From an uncultured Chlorobiales bacterium (GTDB lineage Bacteria > Bacteroidota > Chlorobiia > Chlorobiales > Thermochlorobacteraceae), in NCBI GenBank assembly GCA_938003965.1, contig CALKXI010000024.1, forward strand, positions 6,089 to 70,088: a stretch of DNA of 64,000 nucleotides, given 5' to 3'. Both the position numbers and the translations under genes were made by a program. Shown here piece after piece: positions 8,846-18,633 of the stretch (its first letter is position 1; each line of letters starts with the position of its first letter). Below the pieces are notes generated by a model, which had not been told where the DNA came from, searched no databases, and worked only from the letters and a program-made list of their open reading frames with translations.

Positions 8846-10177
8846 TTACCTGCCGTCGCCAAGCAAGACGATTTTATCGCGATGCTCCGTTGCATGTTTA
8901 AGTGCATTGCGCGTATCAATAATGCGCTTTGAGCATTTGAGAATCAAGTCGTAATCAAATTTTGCGTGGTCGGTTGTAATGACGACGATGTCAGCGGATT
9001 CGAGCGTTTCTGCCGTGAACGGTGTTTCGTGCATTTCAATCACAGTGTTGCCCGTTCCGTGTTCTCTGAAATGTGGCACGTGCGGGTCGCAGTATTGAAT
9101 GTGTTTAGCACCTTCTCTTTGGAGCAATTCAATGATTTTAATTGCAGGCGAGTGTCGAATATCGTCGACATTTTTTTTGAACGCGACACCGAGAAAGAGA
9201 ATTTTCGCCTCGCTGAACGCAATCGGAAGTTTGGCAATTTCTTTCATCACGAGGTCGCGCACGTAGAAGGGCATGTTCTCGTTGGTTTCTGCTGCAAGCG
9301 TAATGAACTTCGTTTGAAAGTCATATTCGCGTGCCTGCCACGCAAGGTAGTAGGGGTCAATCAAAATGCAATGCCCGCCGATTCCTGGACCGGGATAAAA
9401 CGGCATGAAACCAAACGGCTTCGTCGATGCTGCCTCAATCACTTCCCAAATGTTGATACCGCCCATTCTATCGCACAACATAGCCAGTTCATTGACCAGC
9501 GCGATATTGACGCTTCGGAAAATGTTCTCCAACAACTTTTCCATCTCCGCCACTTTCGGCGATGACACCTTGTGGACTTTTGCAATTACTTGTTCATTGG
9601 TGAGTGCGGCAAGGTCGGTGCAAAGCGGGGTAACGCCGCCAACAACGATGGGCGTATTGCTCGTGTTCCACTTCGTATTGCCTGGGTCTATGCGTTCAGG
9701 CGAAAAGGCAAGATAGAAATCTTTTCCGACTTTCAATCCTGTTTTCTCGAGAATCGGCAACACATAGCCTTCGGTGGTGTTCGGAAAGGTCGTGGATTTG
9801 AGAATAATGAGTTGCTCTTTGCGCAAGTGTTTAGCAATAGATTCCGTTGCTGATGTGATAAACGAAATATCGGGCTCTTTATTCGCCGTGAACGGTGTTG
9901 GCACGCAGATGTAAATGGCATCGCATAGTCCTACGTGGTCGTAATTATCCATCGTCTTGAAGCCGTTATCGAGGGCTTCTTTGAACTCGTGTTCTTTGAT
10001 GTCTTGAATGTAATTTTTGCCCGCGTTAAGTTTCTCGATTTTGCGCTTGTCTAAATCAATACCAATCGTCTTGAAGCCTTTGCGCGCAAATTCAACGGCA
10101 AGCGGCAAGCCGACGTAGCCCAGCCCGACGACGCCAATCACGGCGGATTTTTTTTCAAGTTTTTCTTTGAGCGACAT
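8846..10177 (-). CDS. nucleotide-sugar dehydrogenase (UDP-glucose/GDP-mannose dehydrogenase family, UDP-N-acetyl-hexosamine type)
   Basis: 443 aa. N-terminal Rossmann motif IGVVGLGYVGLPLA and catalytic Cys motif GIGGHCILIDP are present. Confidence 0.85.
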   Translation of the reverse strand: MSLKEKLEKKSAVIGVVGLGYVGLPLAVEFARKGFKTIGIDLDKRKIEKLNAGKNYIQDIKEHEFKEALDNGFKTMDNYDHVGLCDAIYICVPTPFTANKEPDISFITSATESIAKHLRKEQLIILKSTTFPNTTEGYVLPILEKTGLKVGKDFYLAFSPERIDPGNTKWNTSNTPIVVGGVTPLCTDLAALTNEQVIAKVHKVSSPKVAEMEKLLENIFRSVNIALVNELAMLCDRMGGINIWEVIEAASTKPFGFMPFYPGPGIGGHCILIDPYYLAWQAREYDFQTKFITLAAETNENMPFYVRDLVMKEIAKLPIAFSEAKILFLGVAFKKNVDDIRHSPAIKIIELLQREGAKHIQYCDPHVPHFREHGTGNTVIEMHETPFTAETLESADIVVITTDHAKFDYDLILKCSKRIIDTRNALKHATEHRDKIVLLGDGR

Positions 10178-10193
10178 TCGTTGAGCGTTGAGT

Positions 10194-11279
10194 TTAATTC
10201 AAACTTGGATTTTGAATCGATTGCTTGTGATACTTCGTGCTTTCCGTTTTCACAAAGTCAATGAGTGCTTTTAGGTGAGAGGGGTTTGTTTCAGGCAAAA
10301 TGCCATGCCCGAGATTAAAAATGTGTCCCGATTGTTCGGAGTGTTCGCCGAACTTACGCAGAATTTGCGCCGCTTCTTTGCGGATTCGTTCAGGCGAGGC
10401 GAAGAGCATAACTGGGTCTAAATTGCCTTGCAGTGCGACTCTATCCGAAAGTTGCCAACGCGCTTTGGCAATATCCACTGTCCAATCTAATCCAACGGCG
10501 TCGCACCCTGTTTCGGCAATCTCTTTGAGCATGCCACCTGCGCCTTTGGCAAAGACAATGATGGGCGTTTTCGGGTGTTTGAGTTTAATCGTTTGAACCG
10601 TCTCGTGAATGTATTGAAGCGAAAATTCTTTGTAGTGCTCTTCGGAAAGCAATCCTGCCCAAGTATCAAAAATTTGAACAGCGTCTGCGCCCGCTTCAAT
10701 TTGAAGGAGCAAATACTCGCTGACGACTTTGGTGAGTTTTTTCAAAAAGGCGTGTGCGTCTTTGGGTTGTTCAAAGAGCATTTGTTTGGCGTGTCGGAAG
10801 TCTTTACTGCCTTTGCCTTCGACGGCGTAAGCGAAAAGCGTCCAAGCCGCGCCGCTGAATCCGATAATTGGCACACGGAAGGCAAGTTCGCGTTTGGTTA
10901 AGCGAATTGCATCTTCGACATAGCGCAACGCTTCTGAAACATCAGGCGTGATTAACTTTTCAATTTCAACGCGCGAGCGAATCGGATTTGGAAATTTCGG
11001 ACCTTGCGATTCAATCAGTTCTAACTTCATGCCCATCGCTTCGGGCACCACGAGAATATCGGAAAAAATAATTGCTGCATCGACGTCCATAATCTCGACG
11101 GGCTGAATGGTTACTTCCGCCGCAAGTTCGGGCGTTTTGCACAGCGTAAGAAAGTCGGTTTTACGCCGCACTTCGCGATATTCAGGAAGGTAGCGTCCTG
11201 CTTGACGCATAATCCAAATTGGTGTTCGGTGACAAGGCTCGCGGCGCAAGGCGCGAAGCAGTAAATCGTTACGAAGCAT
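10194..11279 (-). CDS. hemE: uroporphyrinogen decarboxylase
   Basis: 361 aa, with URO-D signature PIWIMRQAGRYLPEY near the N-terminus. Confidence 0.95.
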   Translation of the reverse strand: MLRNDLLLRALRREPCHRTPIWIMRQAGRYLPEYREVRRKTDFLTLCKTPELAAEVTIQPVEIMDVDAAIIFSDILVVPEAMGMKLELIESQGPKFPNPIRSRVEIEKLITPDVSEALRYVEDAIRLTKRELAFRVPIIGFSGAAWTLFAYAVEGKGSKDFRHAKQMLFEQPKDAHAFLKKLTKVVSEYLLLQIEAGADAVQIFDTWAGLLSEEHYKEFSLQYIHETVQTIKLKHPKTPIIVFAKGAGGMLKEIAETGCDAVGLDWTVDIAKARWQLSDRVALQGNLDPVMLFASPERIRKEAAQILRKFGEHSEQSGHIFNLGHGILPETNPSHLKALIDFVKTESTKYHKQSIQNPSLN

Positions 11280-11363
11280 GTTTCTACAATCGGGATTTTC
11301 GAGTCGGTGAAAATAAAAAAGGAACGGCGAAAATCCGTTCCTTCAAACATTCGGTTGCATCGT

Positions 11364-11909
11364 TCAGTTGAGCGAAACTTGTCGGAGTTCTTCTTTCAAG
11401 CGTTCTAATTTGTGTTTAACGCTGCCGTCAATGACGGTATCGCCGATGCGCGCAGTGAATCCGCCAATCAACTCTGGATTGACTTTATTTTCAATGCGAA
11501 TTTTCTTTCCTGAAACCGCTTCCAATTTTTGAGCAATGGCTTGCTTTTCAGATTCATTGAGCGGAATTGCACTTTCAACTCGCACCGTCATAATGCCACT
11601 TTGTTCATCAAGAATATCTTCAAATGCTTTCATCACATCGGGAATGAGCGAGGCGCGTCCTTTTTTCACCAAGAGCATCATTGCATCTTCTAACGGTTTT
11701 CCTACCCTGCCCGAGAAGATGGCTTTCAACAGCGCGGTCTTCTTTTCTTGATTGGTGATAGGACTTTTCACCGCGTTCAAGAGTTCTTTTGAATTTTTAA
11801 ATATTGTGGCAATGAGGTTGCAGTCTTTGGCGAAATCGTCCACTTTATTTTGTTCCTTGGCGATTTCATAGAGTGCGACAGCGTAGCGTCGTCCAACCAA
11901 TGCGCTCAT
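11364..11909 (-). CDS. atpH: F-type ATP synthase subunit delta (OSCP)
   Basis: 181 aa, OSCP-like (ALVGRRYAVALYEIA start). It lies directly after atpF in the atp operon. Confidence 0.85.
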   Translation of the reverse strand: MSALVGRRYAVALYEIAKEQNKVDDFAKDCNLIATIFKNSKELLNAVKSPITNQEKKTALLKAIFSGRVGKPLEDAMMLLVKKGRASLIPDVMKAFEDILDEQSGIMTVRVESAIPLNESEKQAIAQKLEAVSGKKIRIENKVNPELIGGFTARIGDTVIDGSVKHKLERLKEELRQVSLN

Positions 11910-11917
11910 GTTGCGTT

Positions 11918-12448
11918 TTACCTCTCGACAGTTTCAAGTTCGTTAATCACGCCTGCGATAAGTTCTTTGTGGCGTTCTGCATCTAAATTGTGTTGAATAA
12001 TTTTCGTAGCGGCTTCGATGGCTAAATCGACGACGGTGTTTCTGAGTTCTATCATTGCGCGTTGCTTAGCGAGCTCGATATCGGCTTTCGCATCTTCGGC
12101 AACTTTGCGCGCTTCGGCGTTGGCTTTTTCCAAGATTTCCGCACGAATCTTTTCAGCATATATTCTGGCATCACTCACGATTTTGTCGGCTTCAACTTGT
12201 GCTTTGGCACGCTCGGCTTTGACTTCGGCTAAAATTTTTTCGGCTTCTCTCTTTGCCTCTTCAGCACGGTTGATAGACGATTGGATATTGTTCTCGCGCT
12301 CATTGAGTGCCTCCACAATCGGCTTCCATGCGACTTTGGAAAGGACAAATACGAGCAACAAGAAAGTAATGGCTGTCCAGAAAACCAGCCCAGGATTCGG
12401 GCTTAGCAAGCCTCCCGATAAGATCAAGGTAGAAACCATAGTGAGCAT
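11918..12448 (-). CDS. atpF: F-type ATP synthase subunit b
   Basis: 176 aa, with one N-terminal TM helix followed by a long A/E/K-rich coiled coil. Operon position is between atpE and atpH. Confidence 0.85.
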   Translation of the reverse strand: MLTMVSTLILSGGLLSPNPGLVFWTAITFLLLVFVLSKVAWKPIVEALNERENNIQSSINRAEEAKREAEKILAEVKAERAKAQVEADKIVSDARIYAEKIRAEILEKANAEARKVAEDAKADIELAKQRAMIELRNTVVDLAIEAATKIIQHNLDAERHKELIAGVINELETVER

Positions 12449-12533
12449 TAACAGTTTGAGATTCAGAGTTCAACAAACGCCTTTGACACTTTCGCTAAGC
12501 ACTTCGGGGAACAGTTTTTCACAATCGAGACCA

Positions 12534-12561
12534 GGGCGCAATGCATTGATGCACCACGCCC
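12534..12561 (-). promoter_or_regulatory. intercistronic stem-loop in the atpE-atpF spacer
   Basis: 13-bp stem formed by 12534-12546 with 12549-12561. Three central positions are C.A mismatches on the plus strand but G.U wobbles in the minus-strand (sense) RNA. No T run follows. Confidence 0.4.
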
Positions 12562-12586
12562 TTGTTCAAGCATCATTTTTCAAGGG

Positions 12587-12832
12587 TTACTTTGTCGCTA
12601 AAAGCAGGCAGACGACAAGCGCAATAACTGCCGCGCCCTCAATAAGCCCTGCAGCAATCAGCATTGTTGCGCGAATGTCGCCTGTGGCTTGCGGTTGGCG
12701 TGCAATACCTTCAACGGCAGACCCTGCCGCTCTGCCAATTCCGATGCCTGCACCGATAGCGGCAATTCCTGCGCCCAACCCTGCACCTAAAAAGGCTAAT
12801 GCTTCATTTCCCATTATGATTTGTTCCTCCAA
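12587..12832 (-). CDS. atpE: F-type ATP synthase subunit c
   Basis: 81 aa two-helix hairpin with a Gly-rich helix 1 (GAGLGAGIAAIGAGIGIG), the ARQP loop, and a carboxylate in helix 2 (GLIEGAA). Confidence 0.95.
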   Translation of the reverse strand: MEEQIIMGNEALAFLGAGLGAGIAAIGAGIGIGRAAGSAVEGIARQPQATGDIRATMLIAAGLIEGAAVIALVVCLLLATK

Positions 12833-12895
12833 AAAAGTGTTTTATGTAAAAAATGAGCGAAAAAGTGAAAAATTGATTTTTGATGCCCCATTTCC

Positions 12896-13837
12896 TTAAT
12901 GATGCTCTTCGTGTGCGGCCGCCATTCCAATAAACAGACTCGAGAGCATCGTGAAAATGTAGGCTTGCATAAACGCTACAAAAAGTTCCAACCCATACAT
13001 TGCCAGTGTAATCGCTACTGCTGCAGGCGCTACAAACCAACTCTTAAACACGAAAATCAACCCAATCAGCGTCACAATCACCACATGCCCTGCTGTCATG
13101 TTCGCAAATAAACGCACCATCAACGCAAAGGGCTTGATGAACATACTCAGGAACTCAACAGGAATCATGATTATCCACAGAAACCATGGCGTTCCGCCTG
13201 TCAAGTGTGCTAGCCAACCGCTCAATCCATGTTCTTTGAACATCGTGAACTGAACAATCACAAATGTGAAAACCGCAAGCGTAAAGGTAACCGAAATGTT
13301 ACTCGTCGCCGTTGCCGCATACGGAATCAAACCAAGAAGATTGCATGTCAAAATGAAAAAGAAAACTGTCAACAAATACGGCAGAAAGCGTTCGTAGCCG
13401 TGCCCGATGTTAGCTTTGACAATATCGATTCGCACAAAGTCGACCATCACTTCAATCAAATTCGCCAAGCCTTTTGGCGCTTCGGTAGGCTTCATTTTCT
13501 TGTATGTGTTTCCAATCGAAACGAAAAGCAAGAGCAGCACGAGCGACGCAACCCACATCATCACGACATGACGCGTGATGGAAATATCAAAATCTCCAAT
13601 TTTTATCGTCGGAAGGTGAATTTCGCCGAAAGGTTCAAATTCAAGCGTGTTGCCGTCAGTTACATGGTGAAGCACATCAACCTTTTCTTCACTCTGAGCG
13701 ATGCCTTCAGCATGAGCAGTTGTGGGAGCAGCCTGAACCACTGGCACAACTAAAAAAAACGTTGCGGTGAGCACACTTCTTAGGACTAATCCTTGCCACA
13801 AACGCGTGGTGGTAATTCGTCGTAGAAAATACTCCAT
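12896..13837 (-). CDS. atpB: F-type ATP synthase subunit a
   Basis: Track ORF is 12896..13897. I prefer the start at MEYFLRR (comp 13835..13837), which abuts the upstream gene without overlap. It has the conserved RLFANMTAGH motif carrying the essential Arg. Confidence 0.9.
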   Translation of the reverse strand: MEYFLRRITTTRLWQGLVLRSVLTATFFLVVPVVQAAPTTAHAEGIAQSEEKVDVLHHVTDGNTLEFEPFGEIHLPTIKIGDFDISITRHVVMMWVASLVLLLLFVSIGNTYKKMKPTEAPKGLANLIEVMVDFVRIDIVKANIGHGYERFLPYLLTVFFFILTCNLLGLIPYAATATSNISVTFTLAVFTFVIVQFTMFKEHGLSGWLAHLTGGTPWFLWIIMIPVEFLSMFIKPFALMVRLFANMTAGHVVIVTLIGLIFVFKSWFVAPAAVAITLAMYGLELFVAFMQAYIFTMLSSLFIGMAAAHEEHH

Positions 13838-13838
13838 T

Positions 13839-14228
13839 TTAGGACGAAGAACGTTTTTCGAACTGATGTTTCTTTTGATACGCGAGGATTTCAACAACTA
13901 AGTGCATGAAATACAAAGCGACAAATGTTAGAGCAAACTCGAAGCGCATGACAGATTTCGTAAGAATCAATGACGCAATGCTGACCAACACACAGAGCGC
14001 ACGAACCACATGTCCACTTATCACGATTTTGTAAAAACCACGACCGTCTTTATGATAAGCGTATTCGTAAAGTAGGTATCCAGTGGAAGCGTTCAAGACG
14101 GAAATTAGCCAAGCGTAAAATACTGACAGCACATCGACCTCTTTGGCAAGTCCTGTTAGTAGAAGCGACAGCCAAAACAGGAGTGCTAAAATACACGTCT
14201 TCAAGAAGAAATCAAAAATCGGTTTCAC
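13839..14228 (-). CDS. ATP synthase protein I-like membrane protein
   Basis: The track ORF (13839..14378) has an implausible N-terminus that overlaps the upstream gene. A GTG at comp(14226..14228) gives VKPIFDFFLK... with four hydrophobic helices. It forms a GTGA stop/start overlap with the upstream gene. Confidence 0.55.
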   Translation of the reverse strand: MKPIFDFFLKTCILALLFWLSLLLTGLAKEVDVLSVFYAWLISVLNASTGYLLYEYAYHKDGRGFYKIVISGHVVRALCVLVSIASLILTKSVMRFEFALTFVALYFMHLVVEILAYQKKHQFEKRSSS

Positions 14229-14488
14229 GTTTCGTGGTCTGCAGAAGTTGGCGGTTGTTGTCGTTTCTTGTCGATTTCTCGAAGCATCTTCCAAATGAGC
14301 GCGCCAATTGCGGTTAGGGTGCAGAGCGTGCCGACAATTAAAAACAGTGGTTTTGTTCCCAACGCCTCGTCCAGCCAATATCCCCCGAACACAAACAAGA
14401 AAAAACTAATCGCAATTTGCACACCGAACCCAATCAATGAATCGTTGGCACGATAGACTTTGGCAAGTTCTTCTGGCGGTTTGGGCAT
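14225..14488 (-). CDS. AtpZ/AtpI-family small membrane protein (first gene of the atp operon)
   Basis: 87 aa with two TM helices (LIGFGVQIAISFFLFVFGGYWLD, LFLIVGTLCTLTAIGALIW), typical of the small protein preceding atpI/atpB. Confidence 0.6.
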   Translation of the reverse strand: MPKPPEELAKVYRANDSLIGFGVQIAISFFLFVFGGYWLDEALGTKPLFLIVGTLCTLTAIGALIWKMLREIDKKRQQPPTSADHET

Positions 14489-14942
14489 GGCTCTGTTTCA
14501 GATCGCGATTCTGCGAAGGTAAGCCAGAACAGGCAAAAATAAAAAGAGCCGAATCGCAGGGCGCGAATCGACTCTCTTCCAATTAACTATGACAATGAGA
14601 AGCTAAAGAACACAAAGAACAAAAAACTTTTCGCAACTTAACGCTTCTTATTCGTTGTCTTCTTCATTACATTTCAACTAAGCCTTCAATCAGTCAGACT
14701 TGCGCTACACTCCAAAAGACATGCAATTAGTAAGGAAAATTTCTGATTTTGTCAAACATTTTCTAAAAAAAATGAGCGCTTTCTAACTAACTTAAACGCT
14801 AACCTAAATTCTTTAAGTTAATGGCAAAGATAACTAAAAAAGTTAACCTTTGCAAGTTTTCAGCCAAAGATGCACTAAAAAAATTACCAGAAAGTGCCGA
14901 TTTAACCGTTTCAATCGTTAAAATTCAGATAAACGTTCAATC

Positions 14943-17900
14943 GTGACCGATTTCATTCACCTACACACGCACACACATTATTCACTACTTTCTTCGCCGA
15001 TTTTACCTGAAGATTTGTTCGAGAACTGTTTGGCAAAAGGCATGCATGCCGTTGCTATTACAGACCATGCTTCGCTCTTCAACATGCCGTCGCTCTTTTC
15101 AGACGCAAAGAAAGTGAGCGAGAAAAAGGGCAAGCCATTCAAACTCATCATTGGTGCGGAGCTTTTCATTGCACCTGAATCGCGCCACAAAAAGGAATCT
15201 CGCGAGGTGCATCACTTGAATGTGCTGGTCAAAGACGCCATTGGCTATCGCAACTTGTGCAAAATTCTTTCTGCTGCTGCCCGCGAAGGCTTTTATTTCC
15301 GACCGCGTGCAGATTTCGAGCTGCTCTCTGAATATCACGACGGACTCATTTGCATGACTTCGTGCGAAAAAGGCCAACTGCCGAAACTTGTCGCCAAACA
15401 AGACCTCGACGGTGCCCGCCAATTTATTCGAAATCATAAAGACCTTTTCGGCGACGATTTTTACATTGAGCTCGAGAACCATTTCACCGATTCTGAAGCC
15501 CACATCAACCGCGAACTGATTGCACTCGCTCAAGAATTTGACGTCAAACTTGTTGCCACCAACGACGTCCATTATCTCAGCCGTGAAGACGCGCCCAAAC
15601 AAGAAGTCCTGATGGCAATGAAAGGCAAGCACAAACTCTCTGATGCAAAGCGCATGCGATTTCCCACTGATGAGTTTTACCTCAAATCGCCTGACGAAAT
15701 GGCGAAAGCGTTTCGCAACGAATACCGCGAACTCTCCAACACGCTTGAAATTGCCGAAAAATGCACGTATGTTTTCAAAGATGAACCTCCCAAGTTGCCA
15801 CACTTTCCTATTCCGCCTGAATTTTCAGACAGCACGGCTTACTTGCGGCATCTGACTTATCAAGGCGCTAAAGAGATTTACGGCGATTTAGACGCACTTG
15901 GCAAAAAAGGCGAGGAAATTAGAGCGCGCATTGAGTATGAACTCTCGACCATTGCGCGCATGGGCTACGATTCCTACTTTCTCATCGTTAGCGACCTGAT
16001 TGCTGCCTCGCGCAAGCAAGGCTACTCCGTCGGTCCTGGCAGAGGCTCTGCAGCCGGTAGCATTGTTGCTTACTTGACTGGCATCACGCAAATTGACCCG
16101 CTCAAATACAACCTGCTCTTCGAGCGATTTCTCAACCCTGAACGCGTTACCATGCCCGATATTGATATTGACTTCACGCCTGTTGGAAAGCAGAAAGTCT
16201 TGGAATACACGATTGAGAAATATGGCGCGGAATCCGTCTCCAAAATCGTTGCGATTTCAACATTGGGCGCGAAAGCGGTCATCAAAGATGTAGCGCGCGT
16301 TCTGGAAGTGCCAATTGAAACGGTTAACTCCATCACAAAACTTGTTCCTTCAAAGCCGCCAGGGGCTTCACTTTCCGATTTCATCAATGGCAATGCGAAA
16401 CTCGGCATTGAGCCAGTCAAAGAGCTGAAAGATTTGCTCAAGAGCCACGACCTCACGATTCGTAAAGTGATGGAATATGCGCTCGAGTTGGAAGGACGCG
16501 CACGCAATGTCTCTGTCCACGCCGCTGGTGTGGTGATTACGAACGGCGCTGTCGATGACTACGTGCCGCTCTATGTTTCCGATAAAGTTGAAACCGAAGA
16601 ACGCCGATATGCTGATGAATCACTTGAACAGGAAGAGCTCACAGAACGCGACACGAAAAAAGACGACAAACAAGTCGTTACTCAATTCGATAAAGATTGG
16701 ATTGAGAAAGCAGGCTTGCTCAAAATTGACTATCTCGGCTTGGAAACGCTCGCCGTTATTGACGAAACGCTCCGCCTTATTGAAAAGCGATATAACAAGA
16801 AGATTAACTTGCAACAGATTCCGATGGACGACCGCAAGACGTTCAAAATTTTTCAAAACGGGAAAATGGCAGGCATTTTTCAGTTTGAATCCAGCGGCAT
16901 GCAAAACTATATGATTCAACTTCAACCGACGACTGTTGAAGACATCATCGCCATGAGCGCGCTCTATCGTCCCGGTCCGATGCAGTTCATTCCTGACTAC
17001 ATCAATCGCAAGCACGGAAAAGAAGAGACAAAATATGCTCATCCGCTTCTTGAACCCATTTTGAGCTACACCTACGGCATTATGGTTTATCAAGAGCAAA
17101 TCATGCAAACCGCACAGGTCTTGGGGGGCTACTCGCTTGGCGGTGCTGATTTGCTTCGGCGCGCGATGGGCAAAAAGGATAAAGAGAAAATGGCAAAGGA
17201 GCGCTCTCGCTTCGTTAAAGGCGCAAAGAACTTGCACAACATTTCAGAAGACGTTGCAAATGAGATTTTCTCGACGATGGAAAAATTCGCTGAATATGGT
17301 TTTAATCGTTCTCACTCAGCAGCATATGGCGTGTTGGCTTATCAAACCGCGTATCTTAAAGCGCACTACACTGCTGAATTTATGTGCGCCATTCTCAACA
17401 GCGAAGCCGACGACAAAGAACGCGTCAAGCATCTTTGCGACGAGGCCAAATCGATGGGCATTCAAATCCTTCCGCCGAGCGTCAATAAAAGTGATGCGCT
17501 CTTTACCGTTGAAGACTTAAAAGATGGTTCAAAAGCCATTCGGGTTGGCTTGATTGCGATTAAAGGTGTTGGCAGTGCAGGCAAAGAAATTGCGCTGGTG
17601 CGTTTGCGTCGGAAAAAAGCGTTCAAACATTTTTTTGAATTTTGCTCATCGGTTGATTTGCGCATTGTCAATAAACGCGTGCTTGAAAGTTTGGTCGAAG
17701 CCGGCGCATTCGACGACATCAATCCTGATAGAGCCTTGCTTTACGCAAACATCGAGAAAGGGATTGAGTTTGGCAGAAAGGTCAATAAAAGCGCGACAAC
17801 AGGACAAGAAGGGTTTTTCAATGATGAAGAGTTTTCAGGCGGCGACAGTTCCGCTTATCCCGACATGACCAAAGCCGACGCTTGGACGGATTCTGAAAAA

Positions 17901-18530
17901 TTGCAGCGCGAAAAACATCTCGTCGGCTTTTATCTCTCTCAACATCCGCTTGAAAAGTATCGACGCGATTGGGAGGCTTTTGCCACACTCAAGCTCGGAA
18001 ACAAAACTTACGAACACAAGCGTCTCTATAAACTCATTGGCATGATTGTGGAGGCAAAATTCACTTTCACAAAAAAAGGCGACAAAATGATGTTCGGCAT
18101 GTTGGAAGATTTTGAAGGCAAGTGCGAGTTTACGGTTTTTCCTAAAACGTTTGACACCTTCGAGAAAGAGTTGCAAAAAGACAACATTGTGATGCTGATT
18201 GCCGAAGCCGATACGCGCGAGGGCAAACTCAGCCTGCTTGTTCATGAAGTCATTCCAATTCGCAAGGTGCGCGAAAAATTGATTCAAAAGGTCATTTTGA
18301 AGATAGACGGCACGGATTCGGACGTCTTGAACAAACTGGCCAGCATCAAGGCGATTTGTGAGAAGAACAAAGGTGGCACGCCCATCGATTTCGAGGTTAC
18401 GCTCGAGGGCGAAGGCAAGCGGCACCAACTTCGGCTGTTTGCGCGTCGCATGACGATTGAGTCAGAAAACGAAGTGCTCGACGCCTTATCGCTCATCATC
18501 GGTTCGGAATCCGTGCGCATTTCAGCCTGA
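14943..18530 (+). CDS. dnaE: DNA polymerase III subunit alpha
   Basis: 1195 aa with a GTG start. It has an N-terminal PHP domain (HLHTHTHYSLL), a polymerase core (PDIDIDF, GLLKIDYLGL), and a C-terminal OB fold. Confidence 0.95.
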   Translation: MTDFIHLHTHTHYSLLSSPILPEDLFENCLAKGMHAVAITDHASLFNMPSLFSDAKKVSEKKGKPFKLIIGAELFIAPESRHKKESREVHHLNVLVKDAIGYRNLCKILSAAAREGFYFRPRADFELLSEYHDGLICMTSCEKGQLPKLVAKQDLDGARQFIRNHKDLFGDDFYIELENHFTDSEAHINRELIALAQEFDVKLVATNDVHYLSREDAPKQEVLMAMKGKHKLSDAKRMRFPTDEFYLKSPDEMAKAFRNEYRELSNTLEIAEKCTYVFKDEPPKLPHFPIPPEFSDSTAYLRHLTYQGAKEIYGDLDALGKKGEEIRARIEYELSTIARMGYDSYFLIVSDLIAASRKQGYSVGPGRGSAAGSIVAYLTGITQIDPLKYNLLFERFLNPERVTMPDIDIDFTPVGKQKVLEYTIEKYGAESVSKIVAISTLGAKAVIKDVARVLEVPIETVNSITKLVPSKPPGASLSDFINGNAKLGIEPVKELKDLLKSHDLTIRKVMEYALELEGRARNVSVHAAGVVITNGAVDDYVPLYVSDKVETEERRYADESLEQEELTERDTKKDDKQVVTQFDKDWIEKAGLLKIDYLGLETLAVIDETLRLIEKRYNKKINLQQIPMDDRKTFKIFQNGKMAGIFQFESSGMQNYMIQLQPTTVEDIIAMSALYRPGPMQFIPDYINRKHGKEETKYAHPLLEPILSYTYGIMVYQEQIMQTAQVLGGYSLGGADLLRRAMGKKDKEKMAKERSRFVKGAKNLHNISEDVANEIFSTMEKFAEYGFNRSHSAAYGVLAYQTAYLKAHYTAEFMCAILNSEADDKERVKHLCDEAKSMGIQILPPSVNKSDALFTVEDLKDGSKAIRVGLIAIKGVGSAGKEIALVRLRRKKAFKHFFEFCSSVDLRIVNKRVLESLVEAGAFDDINPDRALLYANIEKGIEFGRKVNKSATTGQEGFFNDEEFSGGDSSAYPDMTKADAWTDSEKLQREKHLVGFYLSQHPLEKYRRDWEAFATLKLGNKTYEHKRLYKLIGMIVEAKFTFTKKGDKMMFGMLEDFEGKCEFTVFPKTFDTFEKELQKDNIVMLIAEADTREGKLSLLVHEVIPIRKVREKLIQKVILKIDGTDSDVLNKLASIKAICEKNKGGTPIDFEVTLEGEGKRHQLRLFARRMTIESENEVLDALSLIIGSESVRISA

Positions 18531-18633
18531 ACGGTGCTCAATCAGTGTTGGAAAAACTGTTTCGAAGTTGTATTTTCGGGGCGCTTTCTTCGCACTAATT
18601 CACACCAAAACAAACGAATTCTCATTTAGCCAG

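Noticed and set aside
12018-12899. 293-aa plus-strand ORF, the longest unassigned ORF in the window.
   Set aside because: It is antisense to atpF and atpE. Its low-complexity S/A/L-rich translation is what the reverse complement of an A/E/K-rich coiled-coil gene gives. It has no motifs and is fully overlapped by well-supported genes.
14489-14942. Possible replication origin, given an AT-rich spacer next to dnaE.
   Set aside because: I found no DnaA-box-like TTATCCACA/TGTGGATAA motifs, no dnaA/dnaN nearby, and no AT-rich 13-mer repeats.
15099-15803. 234-aa minus-strand ORF inside dnaE. Similar shadow ORFs lie at 16070-16507, 16620-17237 and 17835-18428.
   Set aside because: All are antisense shadows of dnaE with no motifs.
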